A DNA stretch of 64,000 nt from Dimorphilus gyrociliatus (lineage: Eukaryota > Animalia > Annelida), in contig CAJFCJ010000044.1 of assembly GCA_904063045.1 (NCBI GenBank), positions 124,001 through 188,000 on the forward strand, given 5' to 3'. A model generated the notes under the pieces. That model saw only the letters and a program-made list of their open reading frames with translations. It searched no databases and was not told where the DNA came from. The stretch's first letter is position 1; each line of letters starts with the position of its first letter. Position numbers and translations under genes: made by a program. This document shows positions 23,656 to 37,200 of the stretch, piece by piece.

Positions 23656-26509
23656 GAGTATGGGAAAAAACATCCTTGGGAAAAAACGTCCCTGGGAAAA
23701 AACGTCCCAGGGTGGGAAAAAACGTCCCAGTGTGGGAAAAAACGTCCCAAGGTTAGGAAAAAATGTCCCAAGGTTGGGAAAAACAAGTAGTGGGAAAAGA
23801 TATTTGAATTTTAAAAAAGATTGCTCTATTTTGGGAACCAATGGCAATATACTGAGAATATAATAATTAATAATGAATATATGTTTATTAAAATGTATTA
23901 AAAATGAAAAAAGCTAAGAATGTTATACAAAGTTTAAAAGTTACTAGAATAAAGTATAAAGTATGTTAAGACACTGAGAATTATTTTGAATAGATTAATG
24001 CAATCTTCTGCAAGAGGACAGCAGATGTAATCATTCCCAATTTGTATTCATCCCAAACAGCAAATACTTGCTTCTGCTTCTGGATGACACTTTTCTTCTG
24101 ATACTTCTTTAGCCTTTTTTCTGATAGAAGTTTCTCTACAACTGGAATAAGACTTGATTCCTGTTTTAAAATATCTATGAGCATATAAAATGACCCTTTT
24201 GCAGGAGTCTTTTCATTTATTCTTCTGTGCCATCCTTCAACATCATTGTTGGTCCTGATGGCAAGACCAAATACAGACCAACAATTTGGTGTCCAAATTG
24301 AATGCTTAATCCAAGTACTTTCAATGTATTGGAAAAAATCCAAAAATTCATTTCTCTCAAAGGCCTCATCTTTTAGCATGTAGAAACTGTTTAGAATGGC
24401 TTCATCTGGAAGAAAAGGTAATGCCAAAACTTGTTTCAGCAGTCCTGCCTTCTTCTTTTCCATATTATATTGTTGTGTGTATCCCAAATTCTACAATAAT
24501 TTAATAATAAGGCCAAGCACTGAATTTAAATATAAGCTTACTTGAATTTTTCTGTAGACAGCTTGTGTCCAATGGAAGACACAACCTTGAATAGGAATAT
24601 TAGGGTAAACTGAGTTAAGAGCACTCCATATACCTAATTCAAAATCAACTACAAATTTGTCAGGTTGAAAACCATTTGTCAATTTTTGAATCTCCTTTTG
24701 ATAAGATGAAGTTAATGAAACAGAATTAAGCAACCAAATCATACTTACTTTAAGAATCATTTTGTACACTTTTTTTTTCTTTGATGTTAAAAAAGCAAAT
24801 GCTAATGGAATTTGTTTTGCTTCTCCATCATTTTTAATAAAAGAATGAACAGAAAAAAGCTGTACAAATGGATCCTTCACAGCCTTGAAAGTGCCATCTA
24901 AATACCATACTTTACTTTTACATAATAAAGACAACTGGTGCTTAGAAGCAAATAGTAAAACTCTTTGATTTCTTACAACAATATCACTTTGAAGAAAATC
25001 ATCTGGTATAAATGTTGTATTAAGTTCAAAATCAATTTCGTTTGGTTCTTTAGGCCTTGATTTTTGCCTATTGATATTGGCTAATCTCCTCAGATTTTCC
25101 AGTTTTGGTAGGTTATTTTCACTTTTATTTAAATTAATTAATAGATCTTCAGCAATTGCTCTTCCAGATGACTTGATGTCTGCATTAGAGATTGCTCTCA
25201 ATTCTTTTCTAGCAGAAATATTCACAATAAGGCTTTTCCTTTTGTTATGATTGTGTTCATGTTTACTCTTTATGAAAATATTTCCTTTTTGTTGAATAAT
25301 AACTGGACATTGAATATTCTTATTTCTAACAGAACATCTCCAGATGGTTCTCTTGTCACTTCTAGATTTTATATTAAAAGCATAGCCATTGTTGGTCAAA
25401 ATATCTTTCCCTTTTTGACTTCCACCAATAATAATATGAAATTTGTCTGAGCTTTCCATATTCTCATTATTTTCAGTTTCATTTTCATGCAATAAATTTT
25501 CCTCCATATTAGAAGTATTGCTAACTTCTTTAAGACTACAATTGTCTTTAACCATATTATTATGAGTACAACTCAGAGCAGCTTTTACAATAGGATCATC
25601 ATTGATCACATCTGATAAACTAATGAGACAATATCTTTCACTCAAACTTTTGCATGAAGAACACTTATCATCTTTCATTTCTGTAATATTAAGCAAAGTT
25701 AAATAAATGTATGTTTTACATAGTAAATATCACCTTTACAGATATGATGACAAAGTGAACATGTAGTTTCTTGAATCCTGAACTTTTCTGCACAATTATT
25801 GCAAAATACTCTTTCAGATTCTAAATTGAAAATGAAAAAAGTGAATAATTTAATAAAAACATATAAAGAGACAGACCTTTGATGCATTTGGCATGGACAT
25901 AATCTTGGCAGTCATTGCATTTCATCTTTCTCTGTCTGCCATAAAATCTTTTATTACAATTAATACAAACAGGTGCCATTACTAAGTTTCTGCAAAAATA
26001 AATTCACTTTCAACTATCAAATATGGCTGCCTATACAAAAATTATAAATAATAACTCACTGGAAAGAAGTGTTCTTAAACAATGTATAATCTTGTAATAT
26101 TCAATAAACAAAATCAATACCAGAGTTTCAATGCTTAAAAAACAAATTAGCCTGAAAATATGCCAAGAAATGCAAAATTTATCTTTCACTTACAGACAAG
26201 ACAAGGAAATAACTCATTTCTCTTTTAATAGCATTACATAATTCAGAGAAAACTGGTAAAAACATCACAATACATATCCCTTTCTTCAAAAATATTAATA
26301 TTTTATTCTATAAATGAAATAAACAGCAAAGAGAAAAACATTTCTGATTATAAGTATAAATAATTATGCCAAGTATATCTTTAGCCAGGCATAGGACGTT
26401 TTTTCCCAACAATTAGGACGTTTTTTCCCAACAATTAGGACGTTTTTTCCCGCCCTGGGACGTTTTTTCCCAGGGACGTTTTTTCCCAAGGACGTTTTTT
26501 CCCGACCCC
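23656..26509 (-). mobile_element. Phantom-like MULE DNA transposon A, apparently autonomous, with 8-bp TSD
   Basis: TIRs built of GGGAAAAAACGTCC repeats at both ends; TSD GCCACCTG at 23648-23655 and 26510-26517. Confidence 0.92.
23981..25979 (-). CDS. MULE transposase with PHD-like zinc finger, a second Cys cluster, FLYWCH and DDE domains (multi-exon)
   Basis: MAPVCINC..CNDC..VHAKC; WRCSVR..C..HEHNH; YLDGTF, VVDFE, GCVFHWTQA, RTNNDVEGWH; no stops seen in the inferred exons. Confidence 0.88.
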
Positions 26510-26577
26510 GCCACCTGTAATTCTCATTAAATCAAGATGAAGGGACTCATCTTCACAAAGAAGGGGGAAGTTGTACA

Positions 26578-26774
26578 ACTTTGGTTATATTATGCTTGAA
26601 CTGTATTATTTTATGCAACTTATACATGAACATCTTAAAACCTATGCAAGAAAATGCTATAATATTGGCCAAACATAAGTCTGATTAGTCAGCTTGAAGG
26701 CTCATCTTTAATTACCAATAAAGGTTTGGCCAAGTTATAATTTAATTAACTTGCCCAGGGTGTGGCCAAGTTAT
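26578..26774 (+). repeat. Dispersed repeat family Z, hairpin-rich
   Basis: Near-identical to 34939-35140; contains inverted motifs GGCCAAAC/GTTTGGCC and CAAGTTA/TAACTTG. Confidence 0.85.
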
Positions 26775-27149
26775 AATTCAATTAACCTTCCTAAATGTTC
26801 AACCTTGTTACATCCTGTTACTAAACATAAATATGAACTACACATTTTGGCAACTGTAAAGTGATGATTGGATGTTAGAGGAAAACCTCAAAGTATATAA
26901 ATCCTCACTATTCTTATTCTGCATGCAGCTTACATCTGGACCCAAGGACCTGGGAAGATAACCTGGAAACAACCTCCACTGGAACCATCCATCTACTCCT
27001 CAACATAGGAAGACAGTTTGGTAATTTGGCAACCTGCTATTACAAACTATCTACTCTGCTATTGAACTCTCATATTGTTACTTGCTTAAGTATTATTATT
27101 GCGAATAAACCATTTTATTTTAAACATTTGTTTAAAAGGTTCGAGTAGA

Positions 27150-27604
27150 ACCAGTATTGTTATAACTTGCAAACGCATAGATTTTGCCAGCAAGAGCAGT
27201 ACAATAAAAAATCTGGGAAAAAAGATAATGCACTTCTTTTTTATGTTTGGCACTGTGATTGGGCTACATTTAAAAATCTTAGCTAGTTTTTGAATGGATA
27301 CTTCAGGTCCTCAAAGATTAATATAAAGTAAAAATTCTTATTGCATCTAATAGCTTCACCATTATATTTGAAATTTGTTAATTGTTAGCTTGAACATGGG
27401 CACACACATAAATGGCACTAAACTTTCTGAGCATGACGGATGCTTACGCCTTTCCATTAATAGGCCTATGACATTAAAACAATCATATTTCTTAGATTTA
27501 AAGCAAAACACATATTTCGTATCACTCCTTTGAGTTTGGCAAGAGAAAAAAAAATAAAAAGAGTATATGTTTAGAGTTGTAATAGTGACCAATGGCTGGT
27601 ATCA
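27150..27604 (-). mobile_element. Degenerate 5' fragment of a Tc1 element related to 37201-38842
   Basis: Colinear with 38390-38842, including the terminus GTAATAGTGACC..GCTGGTATCA|TA and AGCTTCACCAT at the start codon. Confidence 0.75.
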
Positions 27605-27770
27605 TATAGGGATAATGGTGACAACCTCTTTTTAGTTAATTTTTTTTAGCCAGGCTGTCAAGATGGTATTCAGAGACTTACTACTTGTTATTATCGGAAA
27701 TTATTACTGCTAAAAGTGATATTTCATACTACTGTTTTCTTGTCAGGGCTAATCAAGAGCACGTTTATTC

Positions 27771-28683
27771 AAATAGGGGTGAAACCATACCCTGGTGAAA
27801 CCGTACCTGAGTGAAACCGTACCCATTTTGGGTGAAACCGTACCCATAGAAATATTAGGTTTTTTTAATTTTATTAATACTAAAGAAAAGTATATATAAT
27901 ACTAAGAAAATGATAATAGATTAAGACATAACTTTGAAAGATAAAAGAATGGAAAAAGTGAAAAGAAACATTTAAAAAAGAGAATATTATGGAGCATAAA
28001 TATATAATGTTTGAACCAATAATTCATCTGCCAAAAGCCCTCCAAGTCTATAATTTTCCCAAATTTCAAATATTTTTCTTTCTATCTCAATATACTGCTT
28101 TTTTGGTACTTGATAATCTGCTTCTCAGACATAAGCTTTTCATAGATAATAACCAAATCAGCTTCTCTCTTCAGCTCATCAAGCAGCCAATAAAATGATC
28201 CTTTAGATGGTACTTTAGTATTCATTCTATTGTGCCATCCTTCCACACTGTTATTAGTCCTTATGGATAATCCATATATAGACCAATTCTCTGGTTTCCA
28301 TATAGAGTTCATAATCCATGTTGCTTCAAAATATTCCAACAAGTCTCCAAATTGGATATTTTTAAAAAATTAAAAAAGATGTATTGAAAAGATGAATAAA
28401 ACATTAATCTAGATTACAATGCACATGAAATTACCTCTGTTAAATCTAAAATGATAATCTTTGCCCAAATATAATTATCAAAAAAGGCTTGAGTTTCAAA
28501 TTAAATTCTTTCCAAAGTGAAAGTTAACTTCAATTTCTTCATTTTTAAAATTGCTGTCAGTTTATATTTCAACAGTGTTTCTATTTTTGTAGCTTCCATT
28601 ATTATAATTCTAAATAATAACATTAAAAAAATGTAATATTTTTATGGGTATGGTTTCACTTGGGTACGGTTTCACCCGCTACT
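27771..28683 (-). mobile_element. Non-autonomous MULE B, an internal-deletion derivative
   Basis: TIR repeats GGGTGAAACCGTACC; 8-bp TSD GTTTATTC (27763-27770, 28684-28691); retains the RTNNSVEGWH C-terminal segment. Confidence 0.85.
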
Positions 28684-29879
28684 GTTTATTCTAGTTTTAT
28701 AAGTAAATTTCCATATGCTACAAGGCCAAATTATCTTGAAATATTTCAAGATTGGATTGTGCAAAGTTTTACTTTGGCCAGCTTACTCCCCAGATCTATC
28801 ATGGCGTTTATTGAAGCATCTGGTTTATGATGGCCAACAATTCAGCAAAAAGGAGACTTTATGGAAATGTATCCAAAAAAAATGGAAATAATATAAAAAA
28901 GATGGAAACAGGATTTAATATACATGCATAATTCATAATACAGTCTTTGCAAAAAGTCAGTGGTATGAAAAATTTTGTTGAGCACTATATATTCTGTTTG
29001 AACATTTCAATAGTGAGTGTAGGGTGAGAAAGAACTGACAAGCCATTATTGAAAAATGATACATTTAATTTGGGTGCTGAGAGAAATTCTTGTTTTGTAA
29101 GTGGATGAGCCAGCAACTGATATTTAGGATTGTCAGGAAAAAATTGAAAACTTGGAACTTGGGTTAGGCTAGGAACATTCACTTTAATATAGGGGTTCCT
29201 GATAGTCATACTTACCAGTATGCAGCACATAGTGACCTAAGAGTCAATCTGAGATAGGCAGACTATAAACCTTGGATATTTAATATAATCATTGTTTGGC
29301 ACATTCATCGAAACAATTGATTATTGCCTGGAATGGTTGGCTGAGTAAACCATAAACAATACATAAAATTAGCCATCTCTGTCAACTATTGCCAAAAAAA
29401 TAACATAACATACAAAAGAAAATATAGATTAGAATGGCAATGAAGACGATAATTGCCAAAAAAATGAAAGAATATTCTGAATGTTGAGTGTCTTTCTGTT
29501 GTTCCCTTGAAAAGTGTATCAGTTTCAAAAATGGAAATGACCAAAGTAGGGCAGTAAATTGTAGTATCATCCAAATGGTGTTAGGGGTATTGACAAAGCA
29601 TGCTCCCAAATATTGGATTTACAATATTTGGTAGAGGATTAATTAGAATATAAAATAAAATACATAAAATGTATATTTAAGTAAAAATTGAACAAGAGTC
29701 TTAGCAATATGTTATATTGGCCTATAGTTATTCACAATTGATATATTGATATTCTGTATAGATATTGTGGAATTTTCTCTCTAATTCTGGAAATAATTAC
29801 CAGCTCTATTCTACAATAGACGAAGTAGTATTGCTTATCTCTATCATTGTACTGTATAGATTGCACTGGTAAGCAGTGT

Positions 29880-29990
29880 TGTTTGTCTGAGTACTTTGGT
29901 GAATTTGTAAATAATTGGAAAGGACGAATTCTGTTGAGACAAACCAGAAATTCCTATAATTTCAATACAACAATGTGCAATCTCCTAACT
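29880..29990 (-). repeat. Unclassified repeat family W, partial copy
   Basis: GAGTACTTTGGTGAATT.GTAAAT.ATTGGAAAGGAC..ATTCCTA.AATTTCAATACAACAA matches 45950-46040. Confidence 0.75.
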
Positions 29991-30918
29991 GGAGACTACA
30001 AAATAACATAATTATATTTGAATATGCTTGCAATTTAGCACAAAGATCATTATATTTCCCTTGGTAATCAATCATACTATCCCGAATCCAAGATTTTTTG
30101 TCAGAATACAATGATTGAATCAATTTCTTTCAAAGCATTTGATAGCTGAACATCAGATGGAGTTGATAATCTGATGAGTATCTGATAATTCCCTCTCCGT
30201 ACTCATATATGTGTGAAATGTTTAAAAGTAGGTATGATTTAGGCCTCCAATGAGACTAATTAGCATTTCACCTACTCATTAAATAATGTATTTGTACAAA
30301 TATTGAATTAGTTGTTGTCATCTTGACATGGAAGTTAAAATTCAAGATTTTTGAGTAATGTAAGATTTAATGTGTAGGCTATAGATAACTGAAGAAAAGA
30401 TGATGAATAAAACATGTCACATAGCACATCTATAATAAAAACTTGAAGAATATTTATAATATGGGAAAGAGAGAAAAATGAATACAATTAATATTTTATC
30501 AACACTTGTCAATTTTTCTAGACTTCAGCATTGTAATAACAATTGGACTATTTTAAAGTTCAAAACAAAGAAGCTTATAATAAAATTATGAAATAGAACT
30601 ATGAATTAACTATTGGTTAGGGTTAAACCTAACCCAAACTATTTACTCCTTAACTTACATAAAATAAGACATTAAATCATGCTTCTTTTCAATAAGAGTA
30701 AAACACAAAAATCTCATTTACAATGAGATTTTATCATCTGCAAATTATAAATAATGAATTAAGAGAAGAATAGATGAATGGCTATCTGTAAATAATGAAA
30801 TGCGCACATCGATTGAATTGTATGTTGTATTTTCATTCCTTTATAACTTGCATGAGAGAGATTTTCTCTCTTTTCATTCTATGAGTTTTCTCTCTTCATC
30901 TGCTTCAAAGTATACAAA

Positions 30919-31923
30919 ATGAGAATTAAGCTAATAAAATTACTAAAGTTTTTATTTCTATTGAGTTCATTGTCAATTCTCAATTCGACTGCAGTCTATA
31001 AATCTTGTCTACATGCTCTTCAAAATAATAACTTTATATCTAATACTTATAATATTCAATCTAGGATTGGTGGAGCTATATCTGAAATTGAATGCGAGGC
31101 TATTAAAGATGTTGGCATTGTAACTGTTTTAGATAATAATAAAGAAAATTTAACTACTTTAGCAAGAACCCAAGCAAAATATTTCATTATTGTGGATATT
31201 CAATATGAAAATTTTGATGATACAGATGTAACTGAACTTTTGAAAACTATTGGTGTTTGTCAACAAACTATGCATTTTATTAATGCGAAAGCTGCTAATT
31301 TCCATAATAGATTCCTACTTTGGGATGGAAGTTATACTAGTTTCATAGCTAATGATGGAATATGTAATTGTCTGATATCTGAAATATGTGAACAAACTAA
31401 TGATCCTCAACAATTTTGCGCACCTAATATACAAACAGTGGGCAATCCTGTATTTAGTTATAATGGAAAGATTGCTGTTTTACCACAAAGATTACCATTA
31501 AAAAGAATTGAAGCTGGCGATACAAATGATGGAGTTAATAGATTTTCTATTGGAAAATAAAAATGTGAACTGAAATTGTTGAATAGTTTCAAAATTATCC
31601 TTGATAACAAGTGTAAAAATAGAGAGGGTATTTTAACTGATGGAAATTTACAAACATGTATCATTTTTAAGGAAAAGGAATTTGGATTTAAATTAAAAGT
31701 TCAAGGTGACTTTTATCTTATGAACATTTCAAATAGTAACTCAATAATGGATAATATTCTTGTTCAATCATTAAGTCCTTTACAAACTGATCGTGGAATT
31801 AATGGGAATTGTTCAAGGCAAGTAAATCTGTTCAAATGCCCAGTTTCAACTATTGGAGAATATATTGTCTATTTTGACAATATGACTCGAGAAACTGAAA
31901 TCTGTGAAGTAACATTGCATTGA
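30919..31923 (+). pseudogene. Secreted protein with a CASPR/neurexin-IV-type fibrinogen-like domain and an F-type-lectin/discoidin-like domain; one in-frame TAA
   Basis: Signal peptide; SCLH..., CQQ, DGICNC, LPLKRIEAGDT..IGK*KC (stop at 31558-31560, same frame as ORF 31576); LTDGNLQTC...ICEVTLH. Confidence 0.65.
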
Positions 31924-32647
31924 TAAACGCACTTATGGTCATTTTAGTCCTCTCCATCTTCAATTCTTTAATTCAAACAAATAATTGTAATTGATAAAGC
32001 AGAATACAAATTAAGACCTATGTTGTGAAGAATCCACCAGACACAATAATATTTACCTAGACAAGGAAAATGACCTTCACCTTAGAAGTCATCATTAGTG
32101 TATGTTCACATACATTCATCAGCTCATTTGTACAATAGGGTGCAATGACATTTTGACTTAAGCTTCAACTATGTACAATTAATAACAAGAAATAAGGAAA
32201 ATAAAACCGATAAGTATAAGAATGACAAGAAAATTTAAAATACTCTCAGAGTATTGGATACCAGTTTTCTTTATTTTCATAGTATATTTCCTGTTTGTAA
32301 CAATTTCTTTTTCCTGTTTTGACAAAAAAAAATTGCTGGGAATGTTCTCAATTTCACTGGACACAAAGACTGTCCTGAGCCTAATGTCACAGCAGTGATT
32401 TAATGTACTGTAAACCAAAGACTCATATGAATACTTTACTGTCAAAGTATGTAAGTATTGTGTTATAATAAAACATCATCTCTTCTTGATCTTATAATTA
32501 ACTTTAAAGAATTATAAAATAAAGTGAAACAATTCACTTCAAACTCATTTAACCTGTGTTTTAAAAATTATGTTGGTACATTAGCACCTCTTTTATTAGA
32601 ATTAAAGATTGAGTGATTAAAGTCAATTTCTTATCCATAGACTTTTT

Positions 32648-34112
32648 GGGAGCTGGAAAGAATGTCCCATGGAATGAACGTCCCATGGAAAGAATGTCCC
32701 ATATTAAAAAGGAAGTAGCTCTATAGAATGACACAAGACAATGTGAAAATACTATTCTATGAAAAGAATTTAGCAGAGAAAAAGTTTTACAATATAAAAT
32801 GTATTTAAGTAAGAAACCACTGAATCTTTAGTTAAAGATTTATGAACAACATTAGTTACACCAAAAATATCAAGAATTAAACTACAGGGCTAGACAAGAG
32901 AGGTTAATATAAAAAGTTATGATACATATATATTTGATACTTTTTCCAATAGATCCATTGCTGTTATTAATCCTAAATCATAATCATCCCATAATTTCAA
33001 TATTTTAACCTGAAATTTCAAAATCAACAACTACCTCCTCTGGCATTGAATCATTAGTCATTTTTTTAATTTCCTGCAGACAAAAAATCCAAGAATAGAA
33101 AATGAGTTATGCAATATTTTTTATAGACAAATTATACCTTTAATACATATTTGTAAGCTCTTCACTTTGCTGATGATATAAACACAAACATAAGTGGTAC
33201 TTGTTTCACTTCACCATGTTTTTTAATGAATGAATGTATTGAAAATAGTTCTTTTTATTACGAACACTGCATCTCCATAAGGTATAGCTGTCTTTCATAA
33301 ACTTTACATTGAATGCAAATCCATTATAGAGTAGAATATCTTTTCCTTTCTTGCTTCCTCCCCTTATAATTTCAAATGATTGATTGTGATTATTGTTGGT
33401 GTGAAAGTCCTCTGTAGCATCAAATGAATCTTCATTCAAATCTTGAGGTTGCAATTGCAATGTTTCTGCAATATCATCAATTCTTGTCAGAACAATTTGG
33501 CATTGCGTTTTAGTGATATCTGAACAAATATCACATTTGAAAACAACAACATCTGTTGTTCAAAATATAATGTTTTAATGAGAAATTTCAAATAAATTTT
33601 ATACAAACCTTTGGTGCACTTAAAATGCATGGAATACGTATGATTACATACTGAACATTTATGTACAGATCTCTTTCCATAAATCCTTTTCTTACATTGA
33701 TAACAAGTGGCAGCCATTGTCTATAAAGAGAAAGTTCAATTAAAGATATAATAAAAAAAGTGTTTTTTACTTAGCCAATTGTGAAAAACACATGAAATAA
33801 ATCTTTTCAATTCCTTAATATTATTTAATAATTACCTTATCTCTTTTTCAAATGAAATAATCCTATCTTTTTTAATTTAGAGAAATTTCCAAAAATTACT
33901 ACTTCAGTGAAATTTTCCAAAATGGAGTATACCAGTTTTCTTGTGTGGATGCAATGATTACTCATTACATCATTGAAAAGTATAAGTATCTTTCAAAAGA
34001 AATAATACATTTTTTAAATATTAAATTTTTCTTTCAAATAGATGTATTCTTTTAAAAATGGGACATTCTTTCCATGGGACATTCATTCCATGGGACGTTC
34101 ATTCCATAACCC
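32648..34112 (-). mobile_element. Non-autonomous MULE C retaining PHD-like, FLYWCH and extreme C-terminal pieces
   Basis: TIR repeats GGAA(A/T)GAA(C/T)GTCCCAT; degenerate 9-bp TSD AGACTTTTT/AGTCTTTTC; MAATCYQC..CSVC..HFKC; GGSKKGKDILLYNGF..WRCSVR. Confidence 0.8.
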
Positions 34113-34419
34113 AGTCTTTTCAGGGTTAGGGTTAGGGTACAATTTTAAAAATCCAATTTCCAGCTTTTCTGACTTGTAATAACTTACAGATAATTTCAAC
34201 ATTTTTAATTGTTTTTGATTGTTGAAAAAGTTTGCCATTTGTTCATTGAGCTCTCCATTTTCAAACGGAAGATTCTCAAAAGATATTTCAAATAAGAATA
34301 TGGTAGAAAACGGCCAGAAACATTTTTATATAGAAAATAATAGAAAAAATATGTTATAAATAATTCAAATGTTAATTGTTGTTTTATTAAATTTTTAACA
34401 TATATTGAATAGGGTTATT

Positions 34420-34790
34420 CTGCTGAATATAGAAATCATACTGGACAATGGGCTGAAATGAAAAAGATATTGACTTTATCATTCTTACTTGCTGATATAA
34501 TTCCAAATGAATTTCATAAAATAGAACAACATTTAAAAGCAATTCAGAAATTGGAGGACCAAATTATGTATATTGAGAATACTTGGATTGAGAATAGTCT
34601 GCATATGAATCTCCTATCAGGACAAATAATGATGTTAATTCTGAAGGATTTCACAATAGGTTGAATTTAAATGTGGGCAATTCAAAACCGTTTTACAATT
34701 TGGTGGATGAATTAAAAAGAGAGGCTGATCTCATTCCAATTTATCAACAAATGCTTTCTGAAAAGAAATTGATGTTGAAATGTTTTTGAA
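34420..34790 (+). mobile_element. Degenerate MULE transposase C-terminal fragment
   Basis: YIENTWI..., EGFHNRLN, FYNLVDELKREADLI, with frameshifts. Confidence 0.7.
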
Positions 34791-34938
34791 CAAATCAATT
34801 AGAATGGAAGAATTAAATGATGAATTAATAATCCATTTTTTTAGACTGCTTTGCAATGTAATAAATTTTACAAAACATGAAATATGAAGAGAAAGTGTTA
34901 AAGTACAATTCACCATTGTTAATTCTTCGATATTGTAA

Positions 34939-35140
34939 AACTTTGGTTATATTTTACATGCTTGAACTCTATTATTTGATGGAACTTATACATGTACATC
35001 TTAAAACCTATGCAAGAAAATGCTATAACATTGGCCAAACATAAGTCTGATTAGTCAGCTTGAAGGCTCATCTTTAATTACCAATAAAGGTTTGGCCAAG
35101 TTATAATTTAATTTACTTGCCTAGGGTGTGGCCAAGTTAT
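34939..35140 (+). repeat. Dispersed repeat family Z, second copy
   Basis: Near-identical to 26578-26774. Confidence 0.85.
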
Positions 35141-37200
35141 CTGTAGTAGAATTGAGCCATTGCCTTGAAAAAGTCCATGTTGGAAATTTTTCAACACAAC
35201 TTGCCAGACTTTCTCAATTGTTTGTCAAAAAAAAATTTTCGCATTTTGCCAACTCATACTGGATCTATTTATGAAACTTTTACTAAAATTTTTATTATAA
35301 ACAATTAGAAAAAAAATGACAAACTTTACATTTGCTATATTATTAATAATTGATTAGTAATTCTTTTGTTCAAAAACAATTCTACATTCTCTTTACAGTG
35401 TCCATAAATATTTTAAAATCAATGATTTTTTTTTTTAAATTATCTTTTAATCCATCTATTTATCTATCTAACCCTGCCCTATATTAGAGAATAAAACTAA
35501 AAAATCTGCTTTTAGGCCTATGAATAATATTAATTACCAATGTTATAAAAAAACACTAATAAAATCATTGTCTTTTGTGTAATGGTTATAAGAGTTAGGC
35601 TTTTTATGGCTATAGACAGATTTGTTGCTAATAAACATTTTCAAGAATTTCTAGAGATAAAATGGCTGCCGGTGGATATCATATAAATGAAGATGATGTT
35701 ACTTGCGCTATCTGCTTAGATCCTTGGGTAGAAAAAGATCCAAGAATACTACTGTGCGGTCATACATTTTGTTTTGAATGTTTGGAACTTTTAAACATTA
35801 CAAATTCAAAAATTATTTGTCCTCATTGTAAGAGAGAATGACAATTGCCATGGCCAAGTAGAACAACTTCGAAAGAACTTTTTTCAATTTTGTTTCAAAA
35901 AAATATCATATGAAAATCTATGTAAAATTCATGGAAAAGAGATATCACTGTATTGTAAAACACATTCTACAGAGAATCTTTGTTCTAATTGTTTTGAAAC
36001 AAATCATTCAGATTGTAAAATAACAACAATGGCAACTTATAAAAGGAAATGGATTTGATAGAATCCTTCTTAAAGAAAGATAATGACAATGGAAAATTGG
36101 AGATAAGAAAAATTAATGAAATTGAAAATGATTGTCTTTTAAAAATGAGGCAAGATTTTCAAAAATTAAAATTAGAATTTAATGAAATTTTAATGGATAG
36201 AAAGAAGAAAATGACGAATTTTCTTATTAATAAAATAAATGAAGAAAATGAATTTTGTCATGTTAATGAATTTTTGAAAATGGTACTAACGTTTAAATTA
36301 ATGAATGAAAAAAATTTTAATTACGTCATTGAGAATAGATGTTGCCAAATTTCAACAAAAATTCTCCAACAACATTTAAATTTTCAAGGAAAATTGAAAG
36401 AGAATAGAGATTTTATTGATTGTATTGAAGTGATTAAACAAAATTCTAATATTCGAACAATCAATTTGTCAGATAATTGCATTGTTGGTAGAAATATTCA
36501 AACTATTACTAATCAACTTTTACCATCAAAAGATGATCTTTTAAAAATTGATGTCGGCAATTGTAAATTTGATGATGAACAAGCTAAAAATTTTGGACAT
36601 TTTTTGGAAAATTGCTATCAAATAACACATATAGACTTATCTGGTAATGACAATATGAAAGATGGATTTTCATACATTTGCAACGGACTTAAACAATCGA
36701 GTAACTGTTTAGAAAATATTCTAGTTAGTGATGGTAATTTCAATGAAGAACAAGGGATAAATTTGGGAAATTTATTGGTCACCTGTTCTAAAATTAGGCT
36801 TATATATTTTAATGGTAATCCATATATGAAAATTGGATTTTCAAATATTTATCAAAGTCTTTTGAAATCGAAAAAAACAATCTGGAAAAAATAAATGCAA
36901 GCAACTGTAGATTTATTGGTGAAAAGAGTGAATTTTTTTAACTAAGTTATAATTGTAACATGGGTGAAGAATTTTCAGAAATTTGTGATGGTCTTTTCAA
37001 TTCAAGGCAAAATTTGGAGATGATTGATTTATCATATTGTGATTTAAATGAACAGCAAAGTGAAAATTTGAGTAATGTATTAAATTATTCATTTTGCCTT
37101 AAGGAGATTTATTTAAAAGGTAATTCAAGTATGAAAAATGGATTTTCAAATGTTTGTAATGGTCTGTTACAATCCAAGAATACTCTATGGAAAATTAATA

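Noticed and set aside
23556-23863. Three overlapping repetitive ORFs, and the similar ones at 59878-60117 and 62569-62751
   Set aside because: Translations of MULE TIR repeat arrays
28985-29700. Hydrophobic ORFs suggesting a multi-pass membrane protein
   Set aside because: No family motif recognised, and AT-rich DNA readily yields hydrophobic ORFs
30165-30225. CTGATGA hammerhead-like core (also near 19777)
   Set aside because: No GAAA follows a proper stem II and no stems I/III could be formed
35839-35841. Recurring in-frame TGA at Cys/Trp positions (also near 17325 and 4425), hinting at recoding or a variant genetic code
   Set aside because: TGA is the true stop of GMDS (355-357), intact genes use TGG for Trp, and the same loci carry frameshifts; this is ordinary pseudogene decay
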